From a virus (Duplodnaviria; Caudoviricetes): 25,703 nt of DNA. The stretch is taken from IMG/VR virus record IMGVR_UViG_3300009159_000282, positions 1 through 25,703 of that record; one strand, written 5' to 3'. A program made the translations under genes and the position numbers. The notes beneath the pieces are model-generated. The model was not told where the DNA came from. It searched no databases and was given only the letters and a program-made list of their open reading frames with translations. Positions 13,910 to 24,172 of this stretch are shown one piece after another (position 1 is the first letter of the stretch; every line of letters starts with the position of its first letter).

Positions 13910-15071
13910 GTGCTAGCCCTATAATTTTTGCAAATTCCGGAAACACTTCTGCGTAATCTTGTTTTCGATAATCGTCGTGTATTTTAATTTCTTCTAGAAA
14001 CGTATCCCACATAGCCGGATCAGGTGTGCCGTTCTCAATGAATCCAATAATGCCCGGTAATTGTGTCCATACATGTCTATAGGACTTTGGTATTGAATTA
14101 AGTCTATCAAGAACGATCTTTTTAACATCTTCTGGCATAATGCTAATATTGAAATGTCTTGGGCCGTGGACTAGATTTAGAAAACTTCCAAAGTCTGGTT
14201 ATGCCCTATAGTACTCTTCTATAATCTCTGGAAGATAATAAACATTTAAATTACTCAAAGTAATAAACCAACCTATTGTTAAATTGCCTTCTTGTGTTCT
14301 AGACTTGGCCATATTAGCCTGAACAACTTCCCAGTCTGCTAGATAACGCATGTATTCAAATTGTTTACCAACTCCATCTATGCTAAAATGTACAGATATT
14401 CTTTTAAAATGTTTCCACACTTCAACCTGTTTAGGCCATAAAGTACCATTAGTAGCGTAGTGTACTTCTATATCTTTGGCATATCCTTTTTCTACAGCAA
14501 GTTCTAATATACTCCACATCTTCTTGCTCATAAAAGGTTCCCCTCCATAAAACTCTAAATGTTTTATAGTATGTAGATGGCTTTCTAGATCTGGCCAAAA
14601 ATTACTTTCTTCTTCAAAACTTTTATAAAACTTTTTGATATGGCTTCGGTAATCTTTAATAGCATAGATTTTATGATATTGTGTATCATATCCCTCGTCA
14701 ACCCATTGACTGCTTGAATGGGGATTACATGTTCTACAACGGATATTACATTGATTACCTAAACTGGCTTCAAAATAAACCAGCCCCTGTTGTTGATTAT
14801 ATCGCTCGTTATCTCTAAGTCGCTTGCTTTTTCCGCCCCCGTCTTCTTCTTCCCAACAACGAATACAACCTGTATTACGAACACCAGTCTCACAGTCTTT
14901 TTTTAGTTGTTGTAATTCGGGATGATTAAGATGTTCTTCTATAGTTTTTTCGCCCAGTATGTATTTGCTATCAGGATCTTGACTAACATACATACAACAC
15001 GGACGAGTAGTTCCGTCATTACTTGCACTTAGGCTATGGAATGCATTTATGCACCAAGTATTACTTTTCAT
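13902..15071 (-). pseudogene. radical SAM enzyme with N-terminal twitch-like domain, interrupted by one in-frame TAA (14199-14201)
   Basis: WC...RPCC...CIRC then CNIRCRTC and YGGEP; the frame continues EEYYRA*PDFGSFLNLVHGPRHFNISIMPEDV into ORF 13902-14138. Confidence 0.75.
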
Positions 15072-15072
15072 A

Positions 15073-15807
15073 TTATATTCCTTCTCGAATCATAGTCCAT
15101 TGATTTCTTTTTTCATTTAGATATTTGTAATCAGTTATTTTATCAAAATCCATATTATTTTTAAACCTTAAACAATAGTTGTCCATGTTAACTAGCTCAG
15201 ATGATATAACTTCAACTCCGCAGTCTGTAATAATCTTATACCAAATATTTTCTATATTAGCATCTTTAATATCTAGAAAACGAAGTGTATGCCATCTTTC
15301 TTTTAGTGTACGTACTCCTAGTCTATTAAAATACATAAAATGGTTGTGTAGCATATTGTTATCCGCTACCCAACCAAATGCTTTGGGAGACTCTTGCGGA
15401 ACAGATTTGGCTATTTGTTTAAAGTCTAATGAAGTTTTTTTATTAAAAACTATTTCCGGAGTTAAAAAGAATACTACATCATTTTCTTTCAAATGATTCA
15501 ACATCAAAAATAACTGTTGATATAAAAAAAATCTGCTTTTGCTAACATCAATTAAATTAATATACTTCTTCACATCAACTACTGTACAACTAGTTGGATT
15601 AATTGTTTGTTTAAAAAAATCTAAAGATTCATTAAAACTTAAATTATTGATGCTGTGTTTTGAACCTATATTGGTGTTCCATATATCGAACACTGAATCA
15701 ACGAATGCGGCATCAATTAACTCTGCTCCCTCTATATGCATTTTATGATACTGAGCACACTCAACAAATCTCAATTGACCAGCATATAACACATTAAAAT
15801 TTGTCAT
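15073..15807 (-). CDS. hypothetical protein, possibly degenerate glycosyltransferase-like
   Basis: N-terminal VLYAGQLR strand-loop motif; in an operon with radical SAM genes; no clear DXD. Confidence 0.45.
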   Translation of the reverse strand: MTNFNVLYAGQLRFVECAQYHKMHIEGAELIDAAFVDSVFDIWNTNIGSKHSINNLSFNESLDFFKQTINPTSCTVVDVKKYINLIDVSKSRFFLYQQLFLMLNHLKENDVVFFLTPEIVFNKKTSLDFKQIAKSVPQESPKAFGWVADNNMLHNHFMYFNRLGVRTLKERWHTLRFLDIKDANIENIWYKIITDCGVEVISSELVNMDNYCLRFKNNMDFDKITDYKYLNEKRNQWTMIREGI

Positions 15808-15826
15808 AGTTATGTATCAAATCTTT

Positions 15827-17185
15827 TTATTTTCCAGATTCGTATGTTTCCTTGCACAGTTGATAAAAGTCAGTGTATTCTGGGAATAGTTCTAACAAAT
15901 TAGTTCCTAATCGTTTATCATTTTCTGTAAAGAATACATAAAAGTCTCTACGACCCCTACGGATCTTATCTTGATCAACTGGATTGGTTTTCATATATTC
16001 GTGGACACGCCTAAACTTAACGATCTCTGATAATTCAAACCATTCAGCATTATCTTCCATAAATTTAAGTGTGTCATCCATATAGCTCATAAACTCTGGA
16101 GGAAGAATGTTAATCATCCAGTGCGGAGGATCTTTCAAATAAGGTATATCTAAATGTATTAGATGCGATCCGTATTGTTTGCGCCATTCAATTACTTTTT
16201 CTAATAATTTTTTATAGTTTGTCACACACAGAACATTAAACGTACACATAAAATTAACACGTTTGCCTAGCTTAACAAACTCTAGCATGTTTCTTTCCCA
16301 ATGAGCACAGTTTAATCCAGTACGCATGTACTCGGCTTGAGGACCCCAACTATCAATTGAAGTAAAAATATTGAGAGTTTTGATCTTTTTGTCTTTTAAC
16401 AATTTTTTAGCCTGTTCTATAAATCTATCAACTCTATTAAAACTAACTCCAAGATTGCTATTGATACTAATTTCTAAGTCTGGAGCAGGCTCTCGATCTA
16501 ACAGCTCAAAGAAATCCATAGCACCTTTATTCATTAATGGTTCACCTCCTGTAATGCGAAGCGTATGTAGGTCTTTGCGTAGACTTGGCCACCATTTCCA
16601 AAACGCATCGATATAGGGATTGTCATCTTTAGGACCATAGTATGTTCCGTGATCTAGGAAGCCTATACTATATTGCGGATGTGTAATATCGTAGTCACCG
16701 TATTTCTTTACTTCTTCCATCCACATGGTACTAGCTTGCGGCCCACAGTATCCGCAACGGAAATTACAGTTGTTACCAAAGCTAACTTCCAAGTACTTGG
16801 GATTAATATCAGCGTCCCAAGGTAGTTGGGCTAGTTTCTCAATAGCTTGTTCTGCCCAAGGATTGCCGCCACTATGCAATACTCTATCGCTAGAGTGATC
16901 TCCTGGTAAATCTTCAATGTTCCAGCAGTAATAACATTCTTTAGGCCGCTCACCTTCTAACATGGCCTTGCGTTGTTCTTTCTTCCACTTGGTATTGTGT
17001 AATGCCGCAGGGTTTTCTGCGATTTCGTCCAATTGGATATGATGTGGTTTAGGGTGATAACAACTGTGATTGTCGCCTGTATGTAGATACAAAGTTTGGT
17101 GTAACCATTTCATAGCACAAAATCCAGGACCTACCGAATTAAGTCGATCTTTTACATTTTTAAAAAATTGAAGTTGTTGTTCCAT
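15827..17185 (-). CDS. radical SAM enzyme with N-terminal twitch-like domain
   Basis: FC...HSCYH...ECYYCW then CNFRCGYC, TGGEP, NSNL and TSIDS. Confidence 0.9.
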   Translation of the reverse strand: MEQQLQFFKNVKDRLNSVGPGFCAMKWLHQTLYLHTGDNHSCYHPKPHHIQLDEIAENPAALHNTKWKKEQRKAMLEGERPKECYYCWNIEDLPGDHSSDRVLHSGGNPWAEQAIEKLAQLPWDADINPKYLEVSFGNNCNFRCGYCGPQASTMWMEEVKKYGDYDITHPQYSIGFLDHGTYYGPKDDNPYIDAFWKWWPSLRKDLHTLRITGGEPLMNKGAMDFFELLDREPAPDLEISINSNLGVSFNRVDRFIEQAKKLLKDKKIKTLNIFTSIDSWGPQAEYMRTGLNCAHWERNMLEFVKLGKRVNFMCTFNVLCVTNYKKLLEKVIEWRKQYGSHLIHLDIPYLKDPPHWMINILPPEFMSYMDDTLKFMEDNAEWFELSEIVKFRRVHEYMKTNPVDQDKIRRGRRDFYVFFTENDKRLGTNLLELFPEYTDFYQLCKETYESGK

Positions 17186-17190
17186 AGCTG

Positions 17191-17235
17191 TATTTAAGTA
17201 GGTAGTTAATTCAAGATTATAGTTCTGGATAAATA
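17191..17235. promoter_or_regulatory. divergent pair of late-like promoters, both 5 nt before ATG
   Basis: minus TAAATA(17191-17196)-CAGCT-ATG(17185); plus TAAATA(17230-17235)-ATTAT-ATG(17241). Confidence 0.75.
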
Positions 17236-17240
17236 ATTAT

Positions 17241-18005
17241 ATGGATGCTAATACACTTTCTCAAGCCCTACAGTCTGCAATAGATCAAAATATTTGGAAT
17301 TCTGATGATTTTAATAATCCGGATCTATTGATTAGTCCTTTAAAGGATTTTGCTATCAACTGGACTGATACCGGATACTATCAAATAGAAACCGACAAGA
17401 TCATGTTTAACGATTGTATAGAAGGACATACTTACACTTACAGAAAATCATTTGCTGGGAATCTTGATTCAACAAGGGCACCGATTTCAAATGGATCTAG
17501 AAAAGAATGGAAAATGTTTCAAGATTTGTTTATTGAGGCATCAACGTCGGGTTTATTTAGAATAGATGCTCCTATTTCAAGAGAAGAAATAGAAGTAGGT
17601 GAGGAAATTTGGGAATATACAAGGGCGGCTCGACCTGGAGCAGGCGTGGGAGAAATCGCTGGACATTACCTGTATCCTAACACAATTGAAACATTTCTAA
17701 ATAATATTATAGACCCGTACTACTATGCAATGCAGGCCGCAATTAAAGTTGCAAGAAATAATTTAGAAATCAACGGAGAAATTTACGTTCCAGAGATTGG
17801 AATTATACATATACTAGAAGACGCACAAGGTTACTATTTTGTTAAAAACTTTGATAGTTGGACTCAGACCCCTGATAAAATTATCAGGCAAAATATTAAA
17901 ATTGCTCAGTTTCTAATTCAAGAAATTGCTAAATCTGAAGTGTCGGATGATTTTTTAAATCAATGGACCACAAAAGCCTTTACTAAATGGATGTCACTAC
18001 TATGA
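17241..18005 (+). CDS. hypothetical acidic protein (254 aa)
   Basis: long ORF at a TAAATA-N5-ATG start; no motif recognised. Confidence 0.8.
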   Translation: MDANTLSQALQSAIDQNIWNSDDFNNPDLLISPLKDFAINWTDTGYYQIETDKIMFNDCIEGHTYTYRKSFAGNLDSTRAPISNGSRKEWKMFQDLFIEASTSGLFRIDAPISREEIEVGEEIWEYTRAARPGAGVGEIAGHYLYPNTIETFLNNIIDPYYYAMQAAIKVARNNLEINGEIYVPEIGIIHILEDAQGYYFVKNFDSWTQTPDKIIRQNIKIAQFLIQEIAKSEVSDDFLNQWTTKAFTKWMSLL

Positions 18006-18178
18006 ATAGAAAAGACTTTTCAGTAGAAATTAAGATTGTTGATTTTCAATCAGGAAAAGAAAAAACATTTGATGTGCCAGTTTTCTCTGATAATCTAGTT
18101 TGGTCTCAGTTACTTGTAGAACGACGTATTACCCAAAGTGTAGTACTTACAGATTCTAATATTACTCTAACACTTTAA
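18002..18178 (+). CDS. small hypothetical protein (58 aa, start revised to 18002)
   Basis: ATGA coupling to the upstream gene; fills the gap. Confidence 0.6.
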   Translation: MNRKDFSVEIKIVDFQSGKEKTFDVPVFSDNLVWSQLLVERRITQSVVLTDSNITLTL

Positions 18179-18720
18179 ACAATTCCAATAGTCATATATC
18201 TGGTAAATTGCCAATCAGGATAAACAAATTGTTTCTCTCCTGCATAAAGATATTCACTCAACGGATACTTACTCTTAAATTCTTCTAAGCTATTAATAAT
18301 AACAGTATCTTCATCATGAAGCATGTTATTACCCTGTAATACTACTTTAGTTCCTTTACTAAGATTATTAAACCAATCCATACTTTCAAAGTGTTCGGTG
18401 CTGGTATTAATTATAAGTCCCCTAAACTCTGTTTGAAAAGTATTACAGTCTCCTGTGATGGCTTTGAATTTCCAATCCTTCCATACCCAATTCTCGTTAA
18501 TCATATCAGCGATGGCTTCACAGGCAGGGTCTATATCAATACTGCGAATCTTTTGCATCTTAAAGATTCCTCTCGATAACAATAAGAAAGCGGTCATGCC
18601 ATGCCAGCCACCAAAGAGGTAAACATAATTTACATCCCAATTGGTTTTTTCCAGCTCTTCACAAAGCCAAATCTTACTGCCTATTTGTCCGCTACTAAAC
18701 GCATCTTTGTCTACATTCAT
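18175..18720 (-). CDS. class I SAM-dependent methyltransferase-like protein
   Basis: YLFGGWHG motif I, SIDIDP acidic motif, IINTSTEH. Confidence 0.7.
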   Translation of the reverse strand: MNVDKDAFSSGQIGSKIWLCEELEKTNWDVNYVYLFGGWHGMTAFLLLSRGIFKMQKIRSIDIDPACEAIADMINENWVWKDWKFKAITGDCNTFQTEFRGLIINTSTEHFESMDWFNNLSKGTKVVLQGNNMLHDEDTVIINSLEEFKSKYPLSEYLYAGEKQFVYPDWQFTRYMTIGIV

Positions 18721-19862
18721 TTTTGATCTTCTGTAAATTGAGTTAATAACCAGTCATAGTCATTTATTTTTTCTAATGCGTATGGATTGCTAATGTTTGT
18801 ACTACCATATTTGGCCCCAGCTAGTGCTCCTGCAATAGCGTACTTGCCGTACTGAGCACCGTTGTTAATATTTGTCCAAGCATATAATCTTTCTACAGTT
18901 TCTTTATTGAGTTGTTTCTTTATGAGCTTAGAACTAAGTTTAGCACATTCTCTAAATGCACTTTTCCAAGTACTAAACTCATCTGTATTAAATCTAGTCT
19001 CACAAGCAACTACGGGTATTACTTTAACATCTCCCACACTAGTCGCAGTATCAATTACTCCTGCTTGTGCTGTTTGAAAATGTGACTTAGAAAATAACTT
19101 AATACCGCCATACCCGTATTCTAAGCCGTTTACAGGGTTGTGACTATACCATATGTGAACAGTATCTCTGTCTTGGATAGGAGGTACGTAATCAAATTGA
19201 AAATCTTTAACAAACGCATCTGCGTCAACTACATAAAACATATCTGTTTGTGCTATAGTAGAGGCCGCAATGTGTGCATTATAAATGCCTTTAACTCCTA
19301 CAACTCTTTTCGCTCTAGGGCAAACAGTTTGTAATTGTTCCCAATTAGCTTGTGCATCTGTTTCGTTATATGTTAAAAATATAACATCAAATAGATTGTT
19401 TATGTATTTGTTATCAGCAACTCCGATAACCTTACGCCCGCTAGCTGACTCAATGTAAGACACAGTAACAGCATCAACTTCTGCGCCGTTAGTTAATGCT
19501 GTATTATAAGTCCATATATGTTTATACGGCAAGTCCCAAGCAGGAACTTTATAATCTAGTATTTTAGAATTGACTAGGGCATACTCATTTGTTTCAATGC
19601 GGTGCGGTGTTAACCGTAGCTGAACAATTTGAACATGCCCGTTCCAGTTTTTAGGAAAACGTTTAGCAATCCAACCTTCACCAATTTTGTACTTAATACA
19701 ATTATCACTTAACTGAACGTCAATATCAATTAGTTTTAAAATTGATTCATCTAATTCTGGATTGACAACTAGAAAATAATCTTCGTCGGTGCATAGCCGG
19801 CTTAATGCCTGGTTGCTATTCCAATCAACAGATTTAACTAATTCAGCATCAACTATTTTCAT
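18717..19862 (-). CDS. glycosyltransferase (GT-A fold) with N-terminal extension (start revised to 19862)
   Basis: FLTYNE..A..NW, VVGVKG...AH, YVVDAD (DXD), NGLEYGYGGIK, W.SAFRE..KL; C-terminal half paralogous to 20466-21539. Confidence 0.75.
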   Translation of the reverse strand: MKIVDAELVKSVDWNSNQALSRLCTDEDYFLVVNPELDESILKLIDIDVQLSDNCIKYKIGEGWIAKRFPKNWNGHVQIVQLRLTPHRIETNEYALVNSKILDYKVPAWDLPYKHIWTYNTALTNGAEVDAVTVSYIESASGRKVIGVADNKYINNLFDVIFLTYNETDAQANWEQLQTVCPRAKRVVGVKGIYNAHIAASTIAQTDMFYVVDADAFVKDFQFDYVPPIQDRDTVHIWYSHNPVNGLEYGYGGIKLFSKSHFQTAQAGVIDTATSVGDVKVIPVVACETRFNTDEFSTWKSAFRECAKLSSKLIKKQLNKETVERLYAWTNINNGAQYGKYAIAGALAGAKYGSTNISNPYALEKINDYDWLLTQFTEDQK

Positions 19863-19863
19863 G

Positions 19864-20469
19864 TTAATCCCAAGGAACAATTTGAAATGTCATCATTAAT
19901 ATCTTTCTATCTTGAGATACTTTGTTTACCCAATGCCAACTGTTTTCTGTGTTTAACCAAATTACTCCACGGCCTTTCTTTCCAGGAGCTCGATATTGTG
20001 TTTCCGTTTCTTTTCCAAAAAATGATTTTTTAGTCGAACTAATCACAGTTAACGATTCGTTATCAAATATATTTAAATACCCTGCCGCATAAACAGACCT
20101 GTTATCGATATGTTGATTCATACTATAACCTTTTAAATCTGTTATTAACGTTGAATAAATGTTAATGCGTCTAACCATAGAGCTAGCAATATTTGGCCAT
20201 CTACTTTTTGTATCAATTGTTAAAAATTTTTCAACAAGCTGAAGTTTAGACTTTTCAATTGCTTGTTCAAACAAAGTAAAATCTAAATTATCTATCTTAT
20301 TACTTTTACGAGTAAGTCGTTTATCTAATTCTTTATATTCGAGTCCCCTAGTATCATCCTCTGTTCTCCAATCTTTATAATTGTCAAACAGCATCTGTAA
20401 ATTATCTACAGGATACTCAAACTCCACTACTGGGGACTCTTCGTTAGCTGTAATAAATTCTATAGTCAT
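19864..20469 (-). CDS. putative Fe(II)/2OG-dependent oxygenase
   Basis: QHIDNR...NSWHWV...DRKIL (HxD...H...R). Confidence 0.65.
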   Translation of the reverse strand: MTIEFITANEESPVVEFEYPVDNLQMLFDNYKDWRTEDDTRGLEYKELDKRLTRKSNKIDNLDFTLFEQAIEKSKLQLVEKFLTIDTKSRWPNIASSMVRRINIYSTLITDLKGYSMNQHIDNRSVYAAGYLNIFDNESLTVISSTKKSFFGKETETQYRAPGKKGRGVIWLNTENSWHWVNKVSQDRKILMMTFQIVPWD

Positions 20470-21539
20470 AAGTCAAGTAAATCCCAATTAGTATCTAGTT
20501 CCTTAACCATATGATCGTACCTAGGCGGATTGACCCATACTTCTTTAAAGAAACGACTTTGTTCCGAACTAAAATATTGCATAGGCAAATCTAGTTCATG
20601 CTTTAATTTTTCACCTAACAGTGGAATCTGCTCTAGGGGATCATTACATGCTAGTTCTTCAAACAAGTTATTAAGATAATCAAAGTCTCGGACTTGTACA
20701 TAATCCCAATCTGTACAATTGGTCATATAGCATCCTAGTCTAGCACCGTACATTGCCCATATGCCTTGCGATACATCTGCTCCTATATTACACCATATTA
20801 ATAGTCGTTGATAATTGCGGCGAACTAGCTGATGTTTAGGATTAATAAGTTTTTGTTTAACTCCGTTGTTTAAGGTCATTTTTACACCTTCTCGGAATCC
20901 TGCTCGCCATGCTTGTAACGGACTAGCATTATTATAACTTACTGAATACAAGTTGGCCATTTGCTTGTAGTCGTCACTCCAACAAAAATCTACTTGGGAT
21001 TGTTCTGAATCAGCAAGCTCGTGGGTTTTCATATTTTGAACAAACTCTCTAGTCCAGGACTTTAACCCGCCATTACCGTAAACTAATCCGTTTATAATGT
21101 TTTTACCACACCAAGACAACTGTTTATTTCTAAGAACAGGCGTTCCAACAAAATCCAATACAACATCAAAGAACTTAGGGTCTACAATATTGTCGCCGTC
21201 TACGGTAATAAAACGTTCAGTATTGCTTAATTCAGCCGCGGCCTTGTGTGCGGCATCTGATCCTTTAACTCCGTGTACTCTTTTGGCCCACGGTGCTTTG
21301 CTTAATAAATCTGCCCAGTTACGATCAGCGTTAGGTTCATCATAACTGATAAAAATACAGTCGAGTTCGTTTAAGGTAACGTTTTTAACTATTTCTGGTT
21401 CAGAGAATTTAATTAGTGGAGCCACTCTTTCTAGTTCACCGTCGACTACTGTAAAATCTTCTACCTTCCAGTAACCTGACTCAAAACTATCAAGTTCAAT
21501 TTCTGAAAGTTCGATATTAAAATGCTTTTGATAGTTCAT
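20466..21539 (-). CDS. glycosyltransferase (GT-A fold)
   Basis: FISYDEPNAD.NW, RVHGVKGSD.AH, ITVDGD (DXD), NGLVYGNGGLK, AWRAGFREGVKM. Confidence 0.75.
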   Translation of the reverse strand: MNYQKHFNIELSEIELDSFESGYWKVEDFTVVDGELERVAPLIKFSEPEIVKNVTLNELDCIFISYDEPNADRNWADLLSKAPWAKRVHGVKGSDAAHKAAAELSNTERFITVDGDNIVDPKFFDVVLDFVGTPVLRNKQLSWCGKNIINGLVYGNGGLKSWTREFVQNMKTHELADSEQSQVDFCWSDDYKQMANLYSVSYNNASPLQAWRAGFREGVKMTLNNGVKQKLINPKHQLVRRNYQRLLIWCNIGADVSQGIWAMYGARLGCYMTNCTDWDYVQVRDFDYLNNLFEELACNDPLEQIPLLGEKLKHELDLPMQYFSSEQSRFFKEVWVNPPRYDHMVKELDTNWDLLDL

Positions 21540-22212
21540 CGACTATATCCTTATCTACGTAGTGCAAAATGCCTGTTTGTACATAATTACCTATTTTTAT
21601 CTGGTTGGGGTCAACATTCAGACTTAAGAACTTTCTCCAATTTTCTGGCTTTGAATGTGTAAATGTTGGATAGTCTAACGGAGTAAACGGAGTTATGCCC
21701 ATATATGCTACTGCTATCCCCATAGCTATATCTATACTTGGGGTAGCTTGTCTATTAACTGGAGTATACCTCCATGTCCATTCGTCCCAGTTAGAAATGA
21801 TATTGTTGAGTAATTTAAAAAATTCAATTGAAGTAGTGTTACGGTTAAAATAGGTAAAAGCACTATAGCAACTTGGCAAATCGTTACTGGTAAAGGTAAT
21901 CCTGTAGGGACTATTAATAAACCATTCGTTTCTATATGTCTTGACTTTATCAGTGATCAACAAAGGGAACTTGGTAAAATGATCCCACCAATGATCAATG
22001 TTTTCTAAAAACACCATGTCTGCATCTAACATAACTGTTTCTTCATACGGACTTAGTTCATATGCCCGGGTGCGTTCTAACATAACATTAGGACCACACT
22101 CGACTATTGTTACATTATTAATAGTCTGAGTTGACTCAATACTATGTTTGAGTAATTTGGCCATGCGAATAAACTTTTCGCCGTGTGCGAATATAATATA
22201 GCCTTTACTCAC
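21517..22212 (-). CDS. glycosyltransferase (GT8-like, GT-A)
   Basis: AYELSPYEETVMLDADMVF (DXD); C-terminal LHY. Confidence 0.7.
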   Translation of the reverse strand: MSKGYIIFAHGEKFIRMAKLLKHSIESTQTINNVTIVECGPNVMLERTRAYELSPYEETVMLDADMVFLENIDHWWDHFTKFPLLITDKVKTYRNEWFINSPYRITFTSNDLPSCYSAFTYFNRNTTSIEFFKLLNNIISNWDEWTWRYTPVNRQATPSIDIAMGIAVAYMGITPFTPLDYPTFTHSKPENWRKFLSLNVDPNQIKIGNYVQTGILHYVDKDIVDELSKAF

Positions 22213-22987
22213 AACCTAATTCCTTTAGAGCATGGGTCATTAGGCTAAACTTGTCCATAACATGAACATCTTGTCCTTGAATTTTAACACCGTTAACTAC
22301 TACGGTATCATCAGTCATCTGTATTAATGGATCGGTGCCGGTTCCAAACCAAAGAACTGCTGGAATTTCTGCGGCACCTAATTGATGTACGGCTATACTC
22401 CAAATATGATCGTTTCGAACATAGCTATCATCAAAAACATATTCCTTTGCATACTCTTTATAGTTTTCTTTTATATGATTACATAATGTAAAGAACTCGT
22501 TTGTTTGTTTGGATTTTTTAAAATAGAATAACGTAGCCCAGTAGAATTGAATTCCTGTTCTGTTCAAATATTCTAATGCAGTCCATTTTCTGTTGAGTAT
22601 GTCATTGCAATTTTTACAAACAAGATAATCTTCAACATTATTCCAAACAAGATTAAGTCTATCAGATTGAATAACGATATCAATATCCATTACTAGCGTT
22701 TCGTCATATGGGGTTAGCTCGTATGCATCTGTCCTATTGACATTTTTAAATGTTAATGCTTCCTTGGCATATACTTTTTTCTGATCAGTTTCTGCATCTG
22801 ATAAGATAATATGATCAAACTCTTGATCTAAATTATGTTGTTTAAGTGTGGCTAGAGAATTAGCATCTGTAACAATGCTAACAGGTTTGGTTAACCATTT
22901 ACGTATTCGTCTAGCTTGCCAAGCGGCAAGGAGGCTGTATTGTATTTGCTCATTATCGTGAGCAAATAATAGTATTCCCTGAGTCAT
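22205..22987 (-). CDS. glycosyltransferase-like protein (GT-A), paralog of 21517-22212
   Basis: AYELTPYDETLVMDIDIVI (DXD); RND..WSIA. Confidence 0.7.
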   Translation of the reverse strand: MTQGILLFAHDNEQIQYSLLAAWQARRIRKWLTKPVSIVTDANSLATLKQHNLDQEFDHIILSDAETDQKKVYAKEALTFKNVNRTDAYELTPYDETLVMDIDIVIQSDRLNLVWNNVEDYLVCKNCNDILNRKWTALEYLNRTGIQFYWATLFYFKKSKQTNEFFTLCNHIKENYKEYAKEYVFDDSYVRNDHIWSIAVHQLGAAEIPAVLWFGTGTDPLIQMTDDTVVVNGVKIQGQDVHVMDKFSLMTHALKELGCE

Positions 22988-23289
22988 AGGTCCAGTATCG
23001 TTTCAACAGACCGTTGTGATTTTAATTGGCTAAATGCAGTACCGTAATCGGACAAGGCTGTATAATAAACATTATACGCTTGTTCATAGAAAAACTCAAC
23101 CTGTGGAATCCATATTGGGTTTTGATTCATGTCCAATGTCCATTCTGCAGGCTGTTTGATTAATTTAAGTCCTGCTAGGAATTCTGGCGTAACTAAGAAT
23201 AGTCCCCCGTTCCAATCCATAACGCATTGGTCCATAAACTTCTGTTTGAGAATAGTACTTTGTCGTGCTAAAGTATTTCTATAATTCAT
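22984..23289 (-). CDS. hypothetical phage protein (start revised to 23289)
   Basis: ATG 5 nt after the upstream stop; ATGA coupling to the next GT gene. Confidence 0.75.
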   Translation of the reverse strand: MNYRNTLARQSTILKQKFMDQCVMDWNGGLFLVTPEFLAGLKLIKQPAEWTLDMNQNPIWIPQVEFFYEQAYNVYYTALSDYGTAFSQLKSQRSVETILDL

Positions 23290-23294
23290 TTGGA

Positions 23295-24146
23295 TTATGC
23301 TGTGTAGGCCCAAGTTCCAAAAGTAACAGTTGGCCCGTATGTAGAAATACCAGTTGTATTAGAAACTATTCGACTGGCAGTAAAAGTAAGATCTGCATCA
23401 CAGTTTGAAGCTACTTGATTATCTTGCCCTTTGTCGTTAAGGGTAATAGTGATGCTCATAGTATTACCGCTTGGAGCTCCCATAGTAACTTGAACATAGT
23501 CATTTTTGACAGCTGGAGGACTATAACCATAGGGGTTAGTACTCATATAATAAGTTGTATCGGCGGCCGATCCTGCTCTGTATGTAGACCTTGTATGACT
23601 AACGCTTACTGTTTTTACTAGATCGCGCCAATCAACTGTTTTTGGTTCAGCTCCGGTATAAGAACAACTACCTGTGATTGTTATAGTGTTGCCTTGATTA
23701 AAGAAAAAACGCATGGCTTCCGCACTGGCAAAGGTAATAGTACCAGTTTGAGTAGCGATCCTATTACCACTAGCGTTACCCCAGCCGGCTGGTAATGTTG
23801 TAGTATCTGACGGGGAACTTGCTGTTCCCCCGTTCGTATCTGAATTATTGTTAATATAAGTAACGGCTGACTGATATGTAACAAAGTTTGCCCATGTAAC
23901 TTTGCCCTTTGATACTACAGAAGCTAGTGTAGTAGCGTCACCATTAGTAATATGGCGATAACAAGTATTGATATCGGTTGCTAGTGCTGTAAATTCAGCA
24001 GAAGAAATATTACTACCTGTTGATATAGTAAAGCTAGTAACTGGGCTTCCGTACCCCTTTGTAGTAGCGCCGGTACCTAGTACATTTGCTAATGTACGTT
24101 GTATCCCATTAAAATCATTTGCTAGTGTTTTTGTATATTGTGCCAT
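23295..24146 (-). CDS. Ser/Thr/Gly-rich virion structural protein (fibre or decoration type), paralog B
   Basis: very T/S/G/A/N-rich beta-type composition; GYG, W.N and RFFFN.G motifs shared with its neighbour; AGGA RBS. Confidence 0.65.
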   Translation of the reverse strand: MAQYTKTLANDFNGIQRTLANVLGTGATTKGYGSPVTSFTISTGSNISSAEFTALATDINTCYRHITNGDATTLASVVSKGKVTWANFVTYQSAVTYINNNSDTNGGTASSPSDTTTLPAGWGNASGNRIATQTGTITFASAEAMRFFFNQGNTITITGSCSYTGAEPKTVDWRDLVKTVSVSHTRSTYRAGSAADTTYYMSTNPYGYSPPAVKNDYVQVTMGAPSGNTMSITITLNDKGQDNQVASNCDADLTFTASRIVSNTTGISTYGPTVTFGTWAYTA

Positions 24147-24172
24147 TATGTAATCCTAAATTAATCTGTAAG

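Noticed and set aside
14199-14201. Genome-wide stop codon reassignment
   Set aside because: TAA, TAG and TGA all end tightly packed genes elsewhere in the window; only this one gene is interrupted
9600-23300. Other TAAATA hexamers inside coding sequence
   Set aside because: Expected by chance in AT-rich DNA; only copies positioned at gene starts were counted
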